64,000 nucleotides of DNA from Gemmatimonadota bacterium. Lineage in GTDB: Bacteria > Gemmatimonadota > Gemmatimonadetes > Palauibacterales > Palauibacteraceae. Location: NCBI GenBank assembly GCA_039587755.1, contig JBDHBD010000013.1:1300-65299 (forward strand), given 5' to 3'. Under the pieces are notes generated by a model. It searched no databases. It was not told the DNA's origin and worked only from the letters and a program-made list of their open reading frames with translations. The first letter of the stretch is position 1. Each line of letters begins with the position of its first letter. Below, in pieces: positions 39,382 through 50,164 of this stretch. The translations under genes and the position numbers were made by a program.

Positions 39382-40236
39382 ATGGCGGCCCGTCCCAAGA
39401 CGTTGTACGCCGCCGCCGCGCCCGTGCTCATGGGAGGTGGCCTCGCCTATGACGGGGGCGTGTTCGCGCCGGGTCCCTTCCTGGCGGCGCTCGTGTGCGC
39501 GCTCCTCATTCAGATCGGCACCAACCTGGCCAATGACTATTCAGACTACGTCCGCGGTGCCGACACACCCGACCGGAAGGGATTCACTCGCGTTGCCCAG
39601 GCCGGTCTCGTCTCTCCGACCGAACTGCGCAGGGCGATCGCCCTGGTGTTTGGCGCGTCTGTCGCGCTCGGTGCCTACCTCGTCTCGGTGGGAGGCCTCC
39701 CGATCTTGCTCATCGGGCTGGCGTCCATTGCTGCGGGTCTCGCGTACACGGGCGGACCGTGGCCGTTCGGATATTACGGGCTCGGCGATCTCTTCGTGTT
39801 CGTGTTCTTCGGCTTTGTCGCCGTGCTCGGAACCTACTACGTGCAGGCGCTCGAGCTGCGGGCCGACCTGTGGTTGGCAGGTGGCGCCGCCGGAGCCCTC
39901 GTGACGGCGATCCTCGTGGTGAACAACCTGCGAGATCTCGACACCGACGCGCGGACAGGGAAGCGCACGCTCGCTGTTCATCTCGGCAATCTCGGTACTC
40001 AGATAGAATACTCGATCCTGCTTGCGGTCGGCTTCGCAGCACCCCTGATCGGGATTGCCCTGGGGGCGTGGCCGACCACCGCGTTGCTCAGCCTGGTGGC
40101 ACTTCCATTCGCCGTCACGCCGCTTCGGGGCGTGTGGTGTCACCGGGACCCGACCGAACTGAACGCCGCGCTCGCTGGCACGTCCCGGCTCGCCGGCACC
40201 TACGGACTCCTGTTCGCGATCGGGTTAATCGTCTGA
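39382..40236 (+). CDS. menA: 1,4-dihydroxy-2-naphthoate polyprenyltransferase (UbiA family)
   Basis: UbiA-type motifs NDYSDYVRGADTPDRK and LRDLDTDARTGKRTLAV within a polytopic membrane protein. Confidence 0.8.
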   Translation: MAARPKTLYAAAAPVLMGGGLAYDGGVFAPGPFLAALVCALLIQIGTNLANDYSDYVRGADTPDRKGFTRVAQAGLVSPTELRRAIALVFGASVALGAYLVSVGGLPILLIGLASIAAGLAYTGGPWPFGYYGLGDLFVFVFFGFVAVLGTYYVQALELRADLWLAGGAAGALVTAILVVNNLRDLDTDARTGKRTLAVHLGNLGTQIEYSILLAVGFAAPLIGIALGAWPTTALLSLVALPFAVTPLRGVWCHRDPTELNAALAGTSRLAGTYGLLFAIGLIV

Positions 40237-40298
40237 GTCGCAACGGACACACGGACCCGCTTCGCGAGCGGGCACGGAAGAGCGCATCGCGCACCGCG

Positions 40299-41654
40299 GT
40301 GGAGTGGGATGGAGGCCGGTGGACGTACGCCGAGTGGGACCGGGCAGCCGAGAGGGTGGCGGCATCTCTGCGCGACGGGGGCGTCGAGCCCGGTGATACG
40401 GTGGCCGCCGTCCTGCGACGCGATACCGAGTCGCTCGCAGTTTTGTTCGCCGTGCACCGTGCGGGCGGGGTGCTCGCGCCAGTGGACCTCACGTGGGGCG
40501 ACCGGGAGTGGCGCCACTTCGTATCGGCCGTGGAGCCGACTGCCATCCTGGGCGACGAAACGAGGGCTTCGCTGCTCGACCGAAAGCTGAGGGAACGACC
40601 GCATCCCGATCTGACGGAAACCCACACCCTGGTGTGGACATCGGGATCGGCTGGCGCTCCGCACGGCGTGCGACTCTCACTGTCCAATCATCTGGCGAGC
40701 GCCCGGGCGGTGGCTCAGCGACTGAGCTTGACGAAGGATGACCGCTGGCTGGCCTCGCTTCCTCTGTCGCATGTGGGAGGACTGGGCATCATCTTCCGTG
40801 CCCTTTTGACCGGAGCCCGCCTGGTGCTATCCGATGACGAGTTCGACGCGGCACGTGTGACACAGCGTCTGCAAGCCGAGCGGGTCACCCACGTGTCGCT
40901 CGTCCCCGCGATGCTCCATATGGCTTTGGAGATGTGGGGAGACGCCCGACCGAGAGTGTTGAGGTGCGTCTTGCTCGGCGGTGCAGCCTGTCCTGCCTCA
41001 CTCCTCGATCGAGCCCTGGCAGCAGGTGTGCCCGTGGCGCTTACCTACGGGCTTACCGAGGCGTGCTCGCAGGTGGCCACGGCTCCGCCCGAGCGAGTGA
41101 GGGAAAAGCCCGGAACGGTCGGTCGTCCGCTCAAGGGCACGCGCCTCCGCCTGACCGAGGAGGGAGAGGTACTGGTCAGCGGTCCGACGGTCATGCAGGG
41201 TTACCTGAACGAGTCGATCGTGCGCAGCCCCTGGCTGGGCTCTTGGCTGCGCACGGGCGATCTCGGGCGACTGGACGACGAAGGCGACCTGTGGGTGACG
41301 GGGCGGCTCGGAAGCCGCATTGTTACGGGGGGCACGAATGTCGACCCCCAGGAAGTCGAGCGGGTTCTTGGAGCCCACCCGGGGATCGAAGAAGCCGTCG
41401 TCCTCGGAGTGCCTGATCCCGTGTGGGGAGAGGTCGTGACGGCCGTCGTCCTGCAGCGGAAGAACACGCGACTGGACGAGGCACAGCTGGCGCACTTCTG
41501 CGGCCGCGAGCTCAGCAGTCCGAAACGACCTCGTCGGTGGCGCGTCGTGACGTCGCTGCCCCGAACTTCGAGCGGGAAGCCCGACCGCGACGCGGTGCGA
41601 CGACTCGTCCACGGTGCAGACTATATCGGTGACCAGGCGGAGGAGACATGCTAA
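40299..41654 (+). CDS. menE: o-succinylbenzoate--CoA ligase (AMP-binding family); start uncertain
   Basis: AMP-binding motifs TSGSAGAPHGV and YGLTEA, plus C-terminal GRLGSRIVTGGTNVDPQEVE. GTG at 40299 was chosen; the long upstream ORF extension overlaps menA. Confidence 0.75.
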   Translation: MEWDGGRWTYAEWDRAAERVAASLRDGGVEPGDTVAAVLRRDTESLAVLFAVHRAGGVLAPVDLTWGDREWRHFVSAVEPTAILGDETRASLLDRKLRERPHPDLTETHTLVWTSGSAGAPHGVRLSLSNHLASARAVAQRLSLTKDDRWLASLPLSHVGGLGIIFRALLTGARLVLSDDEFDAARVTQRLQAERVTHVSLVPAMLHMALEMWGDARPRVLRCVLLGGAACPASLLDRALAAGVPVALTYGLTEACSQVATAPPERVREKPGTVGRPLKGTRLRLTEEGEVLVSGPTVMQGYLNESIVRSPWLGSWLRTGDLGRLDDEGDLWVTGRLGSRIVTGGTNVDPQEVERVLGAHPGIEEAVVLGVPDPVWGEVVTAVVLQRKNTRLDEAQLAHFCGRELSSPKRPRRWRVVTSLPRTSSGKPDRDAVRRLVHGADYIGDQAEETC

Positions 41655-42817
41655 CGTGCCAGAAGGACCGATTCTCACTTCCGTCCGAAGTCCACTACCT
41701 AAACTGTGCCTATATGGCGCCGCTCGCACGCAGCGTGGAGGCGGCGGGCATGGCGGCGATACAGAGGCGGCGCGACCCGTCCCAGGTGCTGCCAGCGGAT
41801 TTCTTTCGGGACTGCGATCGGCTGCGCGAGCTCTTTGCGACACTCATCGGGGCGCGCGATCCACGCCGTGTGGCGATCCTCCCCGCCGTCTCGTACGGAA
41901 TCGCGGTCGTAGCACGAAACCTCGTGCCGAGGGCGGGGCAAAACGTGGTAATCGTCGAGGACCAGTTTCCGAGCAATGTGTACGCGTGGAGAACGCTGAG
42001 CCGCCGGTGCGGCATGGACCTCCGAACCGTGACCCGCCCGGGAGCCGGACTGCCCTGCGCCGAGAAATGGAACGCACGTGTCCTCGAGGCGATCGACGCA
42101 GACACGGCCATCGTCGCCCTGCCCAACGTGCACTGGACCGACGGATCGCTGTTCGACTTGTGCCGGATCGGTGAGGAGGCGCGGTCACGCGGTGCCGCGC
42201 TCATCGTCGATGGATCTCAATCCGTGGGCGCCCTCCCACTGGACGTCGAGGAGATTCAGCCCGACGCCCTCATCTGTGCCGGCTACAAGTGGTTGTTCGG
42301 GCCCTACTCGGTTGCCCTGGGATACTTTTCGGAGAGGTTCGACGATGGCGAGCCCCTCGAGGAGACATGGATCGCCCGACACGGAAGCGAGGACTTCCAG
42401 GGGCTCGTCCAGTACAACGATTCGTACCAGCCCGGTGCGGTGCGCTACGATGTGGGCGAACGCAGCAACTTCACGCTGATGCCCATGATGGTCGCCGCAC
42501 TCGAGATGGTCCTCGAATGGCAACCGGCACGCGTCCAGGCGTACTGCCGCTCCCTGCTGGAGGACTTCGTAAAGCGGATGGGCGCGCTGGGTCTGGCCGT
42601 GGAGGCCGACGGCTGGCGGGGTGCGCACATGCTGGGGGTCCGGCTCCCCGAGCTGGCACTCGATTCGCTTCAGGAACAGCTGGCGGAGGCGGGTGTGTTC
42701 GCCTCACTGCGGGGCGATGCGCTTCGGGTGTCGGCCCACGTGTACAACGATGCGTCCGACGTGCAGGCTTTGGCCGACGTGCTGGAGGCTACCGTGCTCG
42801 CTCCGGCTACGCGCTAG
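41648..42817 (+). CDS. Aminotransferase class V-fold PLP-dependent enzyme
   Basis: Class V fold with a PLP-lysine region (…ICAGYKWLFGPYSVALGYF…) of cysteine-desulfurase / kynureninase type. Overlaps the menE stop by 7 nt. Confidence 0.7.
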   Translation: MLTCQKDRFSLPSEVHYLNCAYMAPLARSVEAAGMAAIQRRRDPSQVLPADFFRDCDRLRELFATLIGARDPRRVAILPAVSYGIAVVARNLVPRAGQNVVIVEDQFPSNVYAWRTLSRRCGMDLRTVTRPGAGLPCAEKWNARVLEAIDADTAIVALPNVHWTDGSLFDLCRIGEEARSRGAALIVDGSQSVGALPLDVEEIQPDALICAGYKWLFGPYSVALGYFSERFDDGEPLEETWIARHGSEDFQGLVQYNDSYQPGAVRYDVGERSNFTLMPMMVAALEMVLEWQPARVQAYCRSLLEDFVKRMGALGLAVEADGWRGAHMLGVRLPELALDSLQEQLAEAGVFASLRGDALRVSAHVYNDASDVQALADVLEATVLAPATR

Positions 42818-44041
42818 CCTTCGTAACCGCCCGGCCTGTCCTTCCGGCGGATCATGTAGACGACGTTATCCCGCACACGCTTCCGATATCCCAGGAGGTG
42901 AAGGACTCTAGTGGCGGAGTCGCGAGCCGCCCACGGCCGCAACACCAGGGCGTCGTCACGCGTCAGCAGCCGATCGACACCCGGGAAAAGCGGCGCGACA
43001 TGGGCGAGACCCAGTCGCCGCAGGACGGCGGAGATCTGCAGCCAGATCGTTCGCACTCGTCGTACGATGAAGAATCCGTCGTCACCCAGCTCCTGATACA
43101 ACGGCAGGAACATCCGTCCGCTCTCGGGCGCACGGACCGGACCGCTTCGGTCTCGCGCGACGACGGCTCCCTCCTGCACGGGGCGGAAGTTCTCTAATCC
43201 GGCGTCCATCGCGAAGCCGTCGTTCGGCTCGACCTCGTGACGGTGCCGCACCTCCATGACCGGAGGGAGGTGCCGGGTCGCACCCCGCAGAAACCTGTGG
43301 TACGAGTCCAGCCTGGGTACGTCGCTCGGTTGGAGATGACCCTGAGCCACCAGCGCGATCCACAGCACGGCCTCCAGCGCGTCGGCCGACTTCGGTGACG
43401 TGTGACTCCCACCTTCGACACCGAGACCCACGAGACCTCGGCGGTCCAGGTACGAGAGCAACGCCCCGTCGAGCTGCTCTTCGAGACCCAGAATGATCGG
43501 AATAGGGAAGCGTCGCGCCAGCGCTCGGTTGGTGAGCGTGTCGCCGAGGGTGACGAACGGCGCACTCTCCGCCGCCGTCGTGTGAAGATCGAGTACGTAG
43601 ACCGGCCCTCTCGCCGATTCCAGAGCTTCGTCCACCGCCAGCAGCAGCTCTTCTTGCTCGCGAGCCTCGGCACTGGCCGCAGCCACCAAGGGCGCCTCGG
43701 CGGACGGCGACCGCGGACCACGAAGCGCTCGCACTCGCTCCGGCTGCCAAATGCGGTTGAGATCCTCGTCGAGAAACCGACGGCCCGCCCGGAGAGCCGG
43801 AAGATTACCGGCCAGCGCCACAAGATCGCCGCCAAACGGAACCTGCCGTGCGTCGAGCGCGAAGATCAAGCGCCGAACCGCATGGACTCCGGCGGGTTCG
43901 TTGCCGTGCAGTCCGGCAAGGCAGAGCAGCATCGGCCCTGGCCGCTCGCCGCGCTGACGACCCAACAGCCGGGTGGTCGGCGTCTGTGTCTCGAACTGCC
44001 TACAGGTCACCTCTCCCCTGGTGGAGGTCGTCGGAAGCCCG

Positions 44042-44049
<8 letters not shown>
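42814..44049 (-). CDS. Succinylglutamate desuccinylase / aspartoacylase (AstE/AspA) family zinc deacylase
   Basis: Family motifs CLAGLHGNEPAG (HGNE) and VYVLDLHTTAAES. 411 aa. Overlaps the upstream ligase gene by 8 nt. Confidence 0.7.
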
Positions 44050-45955
<1,906 letters not shown>

Positions 45956-46063
45956 GCTGGATCCCGGCTTTCGATCTCGAAGCCCAACTCCTTACTACAG
46001 CGGGTATGGGCCGATCACGTTGGGACTTGCTAGACGATTCGACAAGTGCCGGCCGAGCAGGAA

Positions 46064-47140
46064 TCAGGCGCCGTGGGGCTCGAGCGCTGCTTCCAGGAAG
46101 GCTCGCGCCACCAGAGGCCAGGCGTAACGCATGGCCCGCTCTCGCCCGGCGCGCGCCAATCGCTTGCGCTGAGGCTCGTCTTCGAGAAGGCGTACCAGAG
46201 CGGCGGAAACCGCTGGAGCGGAACGGCCGTCGACCAGAAGCCCGACCTCACCATGCGGTACGACCTCCGGCACCCCGCCAAAGTCGGCGCCGACGATCGG
46301 CAGCCCGGTCGCCATCGCCTCCAGAAAAGCGATCCCGAAGCCCTCTTGCAGGCTGAGAAGACAGAAGACGGAGGCACGGCGGTACTCCTCGCGCACATCC
46401 TCGGCGCGGGGAAGGGCGCCGAGTAACTTTACGTGGCGTTCGACCCTCAGTCGACGCACCAGCTGGCGCAGACGTGGAAGCTCGGGTCCCCCACCCACGA
46501 TGCGACACTCCAGGTTCGGGACGCGTTCCAGCACGGCCGGAACCGCTTCCAGAAGCGTGCGCGTGTTCTTTCTCGGATACTGGCGGGCCACGCTGACGAC
46601 CACCGGATGGCCGGAAGGCGCCGTGTCGGCAGGACGCCAGAATTCCGGGTCGACGCCCTCGGGGACCACCCGCACTCGTGCCGGTGCGAGGCCATAGGCG
46701 GAGATGGCCGCCCGTCGACTGTACTCGCTGGTAACGAACACCCGGTCCGCTCGTCGGGCATTGCGACGCTCAAGCCGGGCTAGCGCACGAAGCTGGAGGC
46801 GCGGCAGCCCCCGCTCGAAGCGCGACTCATCGGCCAGGACCCCCTTGAGGCACACCACCAGCGGTTGGTCGCGGTCGTGCGGCAGCAGACAGCCATCGAT
46901 GTCGAAGCCGACGACCAGGTCGCGGTCGGCTTCGTGAAGCCGGCGGCGCAGCCCGGCGTTGAACGCGAGCCGCCGATATGTATGCGAGAGTGTCCTTCCG
47001 CGCGGACGAAGAACGTGTACCCGATGGCCGAGCGCGCGAATCCCCTCGGCCAGTCCGCGGATGCCGGCCGCCGACCCACTCCCGACCGCTACATCCGTGT
47101 GCCACGAGTCGACGAACGCGATGTCGAGGACCCGATTCAT
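46064..47140 (-). CDS. Glycosyltransferase family 4 (GT-B, retaining)
   Basis: GT4 C-terminal donor-binding motif EGFGIAFLEAMATGLPIVGADFGGVPEVV. N-terminal acceptor domain. Start placed at MNRVLDIAFVDSW. Confidence 0.8.
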   Translation of the reverse strand: MNRVLDIAFVDSWHTDVAVGSGSAAGIRGLAEGIRALGHRVHVLRPRGRTLSHTYRRLAFNAGLRRRLHEADRDLVVGFDIDGCLLPHDRDQPLVVCLKGVLADESRFERGLPRLQLRALARLERRNARRADRVFVTSEYSRRAAISAYGLAPARVRVVPEGVDPEFWRPADTAPSGHPVVVSVARQYPRKNTRTLLEAVPAVLERVPNLECRIVGGGPELPRLRQLVRRLRVERHVKLLGALPRAEDVREEYRRASVFCLLSLQEGFGIAFLEAMATGLPIVGADFGGVPEVVPHGEVGLLVDGRSAPAVSAALVRLLEDEPQRKRLARAGRERAMRYAWPLVARAFLEAALEPHGA

Positions 47141-47213
47141 ACGTGGCTCCTCGCCCGGGTCGACCGTCACTTGACTGGGCGTGCCGCCTTCGAGCTGCTC
47201 GTGAGCCTGCGAC

Positions 47214-47552
47214 TCAGCCGTACAGAGCCTCCGCCTTGGCGGCCAGCACGAAATCGCTTTCCGTCAGGCCGTCGATCTTGTGGGTCCAGATGGTCACGCG
47301 GACCCGGCCCCACGCCAGATGGATATCCGGATGGTGGCCCTGTTCCTCGGCCAGCTCGCCCACCCGGTTGGTGAACGTGAGAGCCTGACGAAAATCCGGG
47401 AACTCGTACTCTCTCTCGAGGTGATGTTCCTCGACGACTTCCCAGCCGCTTCCGAGCTCTTCTGCCAGACGCTCCAGCTCATTGCCCCGCAGGGGCGGCA
47501 CTCCACCCTGGCAGGGCACGCATTGCATCGACGACAATCGTGACATGGCCAA
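47214..47552 (-). CDS. phhB: 4a-hydroxytetrahydrobiopterin dehydratase (pterin-4a-carbinolamine dehydratase)
   Basis: PCD signature EEQGHHPDIHLAWGRVRV. 112 aa. Confidence 0.85.
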   Translation of the reverse strand: MAMSRLSSMQCVPCQGGVPPLRGNELERLAEELGSGWEVVEEHHLEREYEFPDFRQALTFTNRVGELAEEQGHHPDIHLAWGRVRVTIWTHKIDGLTESDFVLAAKAEALYG

Positions 47553-47661
47553 CCCTCTCGTTCGGGTATGCAGCGAACGGGGGTTGAATGTAGCCAGCGT
47601 TCGGAGGAGCTGCTCTTCTACTGGTGGGTCGAAACGGTCGGGCTCAGTCGGCGGTCTCTTT

Positions 47662-49227
47662 TCACGGCTCCCCGACGTACGATGGGGGCGATCCCTCAGC
47701 TCGGAGCTCGTCTGCTGTGGGCCCCCCGTCTCCGCTCCCGGTGACGAAGGCGACCGCGTTTCGACCGGCCTCTTTCGCCTGATAGAGCGCCCGGTCGACC
47801 TCCTTGAGCAACGAGTTCGCCTCCATCCCGTTGTCGGGAACGAGCGCGATTCCTACGGACACAGTGAGCGTGATCGGCTCTCCTTCGTCGCTGATCAGCT
47901 GCACACCGCGGATGTAGCGGCGCAGCCGCTCGGCCACGGCCGAAGCCTGGTCGCGCCCGGCGTACAGCAGCAGACAGGCGAATTCATCGCCACCGATACG
48001 TGCGACCTCGTCGGTCTCCCGCACAGCGCCGCGCAGCAAGTCGGCGATTGCGCGAAGGGCTCTGTCCCCCATGGGATGACCGTAGGCGTCGTTGATGGCC
48101 TTCAGACGGTCGCAGTCGACAAGCATCAGCGCCACCTGTTCGCCGTAGCGTGTGGCCCGCTTGAGGTGCATCTCCAGGCTGTCCAGGAAATGGCGGCGAT
48201 TGTGAAGGTCCGTGAGGGAATCGGTCACCGCGAGACGTCGCGCCTCCTCGTTCACCTGTGCCGCGCGGATCACGACCGCCGCCTGCTGCGCGATCACGCT
48301 TAGCGCGCGCACATGGTCACCGGTGTACGCCTGCGTGCGGGTCGATTCGGCGTTCAGCACCCCGATGACTCGCCCTTCGACCTTCAGCGGAAGGGCGAGC
48401 TCGCTGCGGGCACCGCGGACTCCTTCAATGTAGTCGTCGTGCAGCGTGACGTCCTGCACGAGGAGCACCTCTCCCGACTCTGCGCAGCGTCCCGTCACCC
48501 CCTCACCGAGCGGGATCGGGTTGGCGGAAACAGCCTCCTCGTAGCCGCGAACCGCGCGAACCACCAGTGCTCGCTTTCTCTGGTCGAGAAGGAGGAGCGC
48601 GATTTGGCCCTCGGGGGCCAGCTCTTCCGTGAGCTCGAGGATAGCGGCGAGTGTCCCATCCAGACTGTTGGCCTGACACGCGAGCTGACTGATTCGAAAC
48701 AAGCCGTTCAACTGATCGAACTTCCGACGCAGACGACGGCGTGACAGCGCGGCCGAAATCGCCAGAGCCGCCTGCGATCCGAGGATCGTGAGCAGCTCCT
48801 CGTGCTCCTCGGTGAAGGCCTCCGTGTGCTCGGACTCGATGTTGAGCACCCCGGCGACCTGATTGGTGACCAGCAGTGGGACCGCCAGGTTCGAGCGAGC
48901 TGCTTCGAGGCCCGGAACGTAGCGTGGATCGCGGCTCACGTCGTTCACGCGTGCGGGGGCGCGGTTCTCCGCCGCCCATCCGCTGAGTCCGTGACCGCGC
49001 TCCAGTCTGAGACCCAGGATCTCGCCCGCTCGTTCTCCGTACCCCAGGACCTTCTGGACGCTCAAAGACCCGCTGATCTCGTCGTACAACATGATCGCGG
49101 CGTGGTCGAACCCGATGAGCCGCTGCGCCTGATCTAGAACCGTCTCCAACACCTCGTCCAGCGTGTCGGAGAGTCCGATGCGGCGGATCGACTCGTATAG
49201 AGCCGTCAGCGTGTTAGGGTCCGGCAT
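47662..49227 (-). CDS. Diguanylate cyclase with tandem GAF sensor domains (GAF-GAF-GGDEF)
   Basis: Two GAF-like domains (…AIMLYDEISGSL…; …ALLLLDQRKRALV…). GGDEF domain with intact RIGGDEF active-site motif and DSLTDLHNRR. Confidence 0.85.
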   Translation of the reverse strand: MPDPNTLTALYESIRRIGLSDTLDEVLETVLDQAQRLIGFDHAAIMLYDEISGSLSVQKVLGYGERAGEILGLRLERGHGLSGWAAENRAPARVNDVSRDPRYVPGLEAARSNLAVPLLVTNQVAGVLNIESEHTEAFTEEHEELLTILGSQAALAISAALSRRRLRRKFDQLNGLFRISQLACQANSLDGTLAAILELTEELAPEGQIALLLLDQRKRALVVRAVRGYEEAVSANPIPLGEGVTGRCAESGEVLLVQDVTLHDDYIEGVRGARSELALPLKVEGRVIGVLNAESTRTQAYTGDHVRALSVIAQQAAVVIRAAQVNEEARRLAVTDSLTDLHNRRHFLDSLEMHLKRATRYGEQVALMLVDCDRLKAINDAYGHPMGDRALRAIADLLRGAVRETDEVARIGGDEFACLLLYAGRDQASAVAERLRRYIRGVQLISDEGEPITLTVSVGIALVPDNGMEANSLLKEVDRALYQAKEAGRNAVAFVTGSGDGGPTADELRAEGSPPSYVGEP

Positions 49228-49506
49228 GGGCTGCGTCCTGATCGCATGGCTGCACCAACCCGCGTCAACATGGAGAGCTGAATCAAGCCGCTTGCCACGT
49301 TGCGGGCGAAGCCCGCGTATCGCGTGCGGGAAGGTCTGCGCCGAGCGGGAAGGGGAGGGGCGGCGGGCAATCCACCCCGACAGATCGTCGAGAACCGCTG
49401 GCGGCAGCCGCGCCGAGAAGCGAGGTTACATGGGTTGCCTTATACGATTAACGGAGAACGATATACGCGCTTCGACAGAGACAGCGACAGCAAGACATCT
49501 GCTCCC

Positions 49507-49532
49507 ACGGGCCCGGGACGTCCCGGGCCCGT
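49507..49532. repeat. 26-bp perfect palindrome acgggcccgggacgtcccgggcccgt, intergenic
   Basis: Read directly: the first 13 nt are the reverse complement of the last 13. It lies between the peroxiredoxin stop (49684) and the diguanylate cyclase start (49227). A T-run follows on the + strand only. Confidence 0.7.
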
Positions 49533-49683
49533 TTGATCGGTCACTAGGGCGGACCGACACGCCGTGGGAATCGCCGGAACGCCGCCCCTGGCCCTGCCGC
49601 CACCCACACGCAACGAGCCGTTCGAGTTTGGCGAATGCCAGCAGGCTGTGGCGTTCTGCCTTCGGCCGCCGCCGGCGCGTCGC

Positions 49684-50157
49684 TCAGGCGGTGGAGACGG
49701 CCTGTAGCAGCTGGACGTAATCCGGCTCGACGTCGGCGTCCTCGGACGCCCACGCGTAAGCGATACGGCCGCTCGAATCGATCACGAACGCGGCGCGATT
49801 TGCGACACCCTTCAGGCCGAAGAAGTCATCGTTGAGAACGCCGTAGGCGCGGGTGACCTCTCTGTTGAAGTCTGAGAGAATCGGAAAGGGAATGTCTTCC
49901 TCTTCTCGAAATAGGGCCGTCACGAAAGGGCTGTCGACCGAGATTCCGAAGAGCTTGGCATTCGCGCCCTCCCACACCTCCCATCCGTCGCGGATCGTCC
50001 CCATCTCCGTGGTGCACACCGAGCTGAACGCGAGCGGGAAGAACAACAGGACCACCTTCTCGCGTCCGATGAGCTCACCGACGTCGACCGTTTCGCCCGG
50101 CCGGTGCGGAAGCGTGAACCCGGGTGCCGGATCACCTACCTGCAAACGCACGCGAAC
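49684..50157 (-). CDS. Peroxiredoxin (AhpC/TSA family, Bcp-like)
   Basis: Peroxidatic Cys motif FPLAFSSVCTTE. Redoxin fold. GTG start placed 8 nt after the DUF2207 stop; the longer ORF extension would overlap that stop. Confidence 0.75.
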   Translation of the reverse strand, partial: VRVRLQVGDPAPGFTLPHRPGETVDVGELIGREKVVLLFFPLAFSSVCTTEMGTIRDGWEVWEGANAKLFGISVDSPFVTALFREEEDIPFPILSDFNREVTRAYGVLNDDFFGLKGVANRAAFVIDSSGRIAYAWASEDADVEPDYVQLLQAVSTA

Positions 50158-50164
50158 CTCGCGT

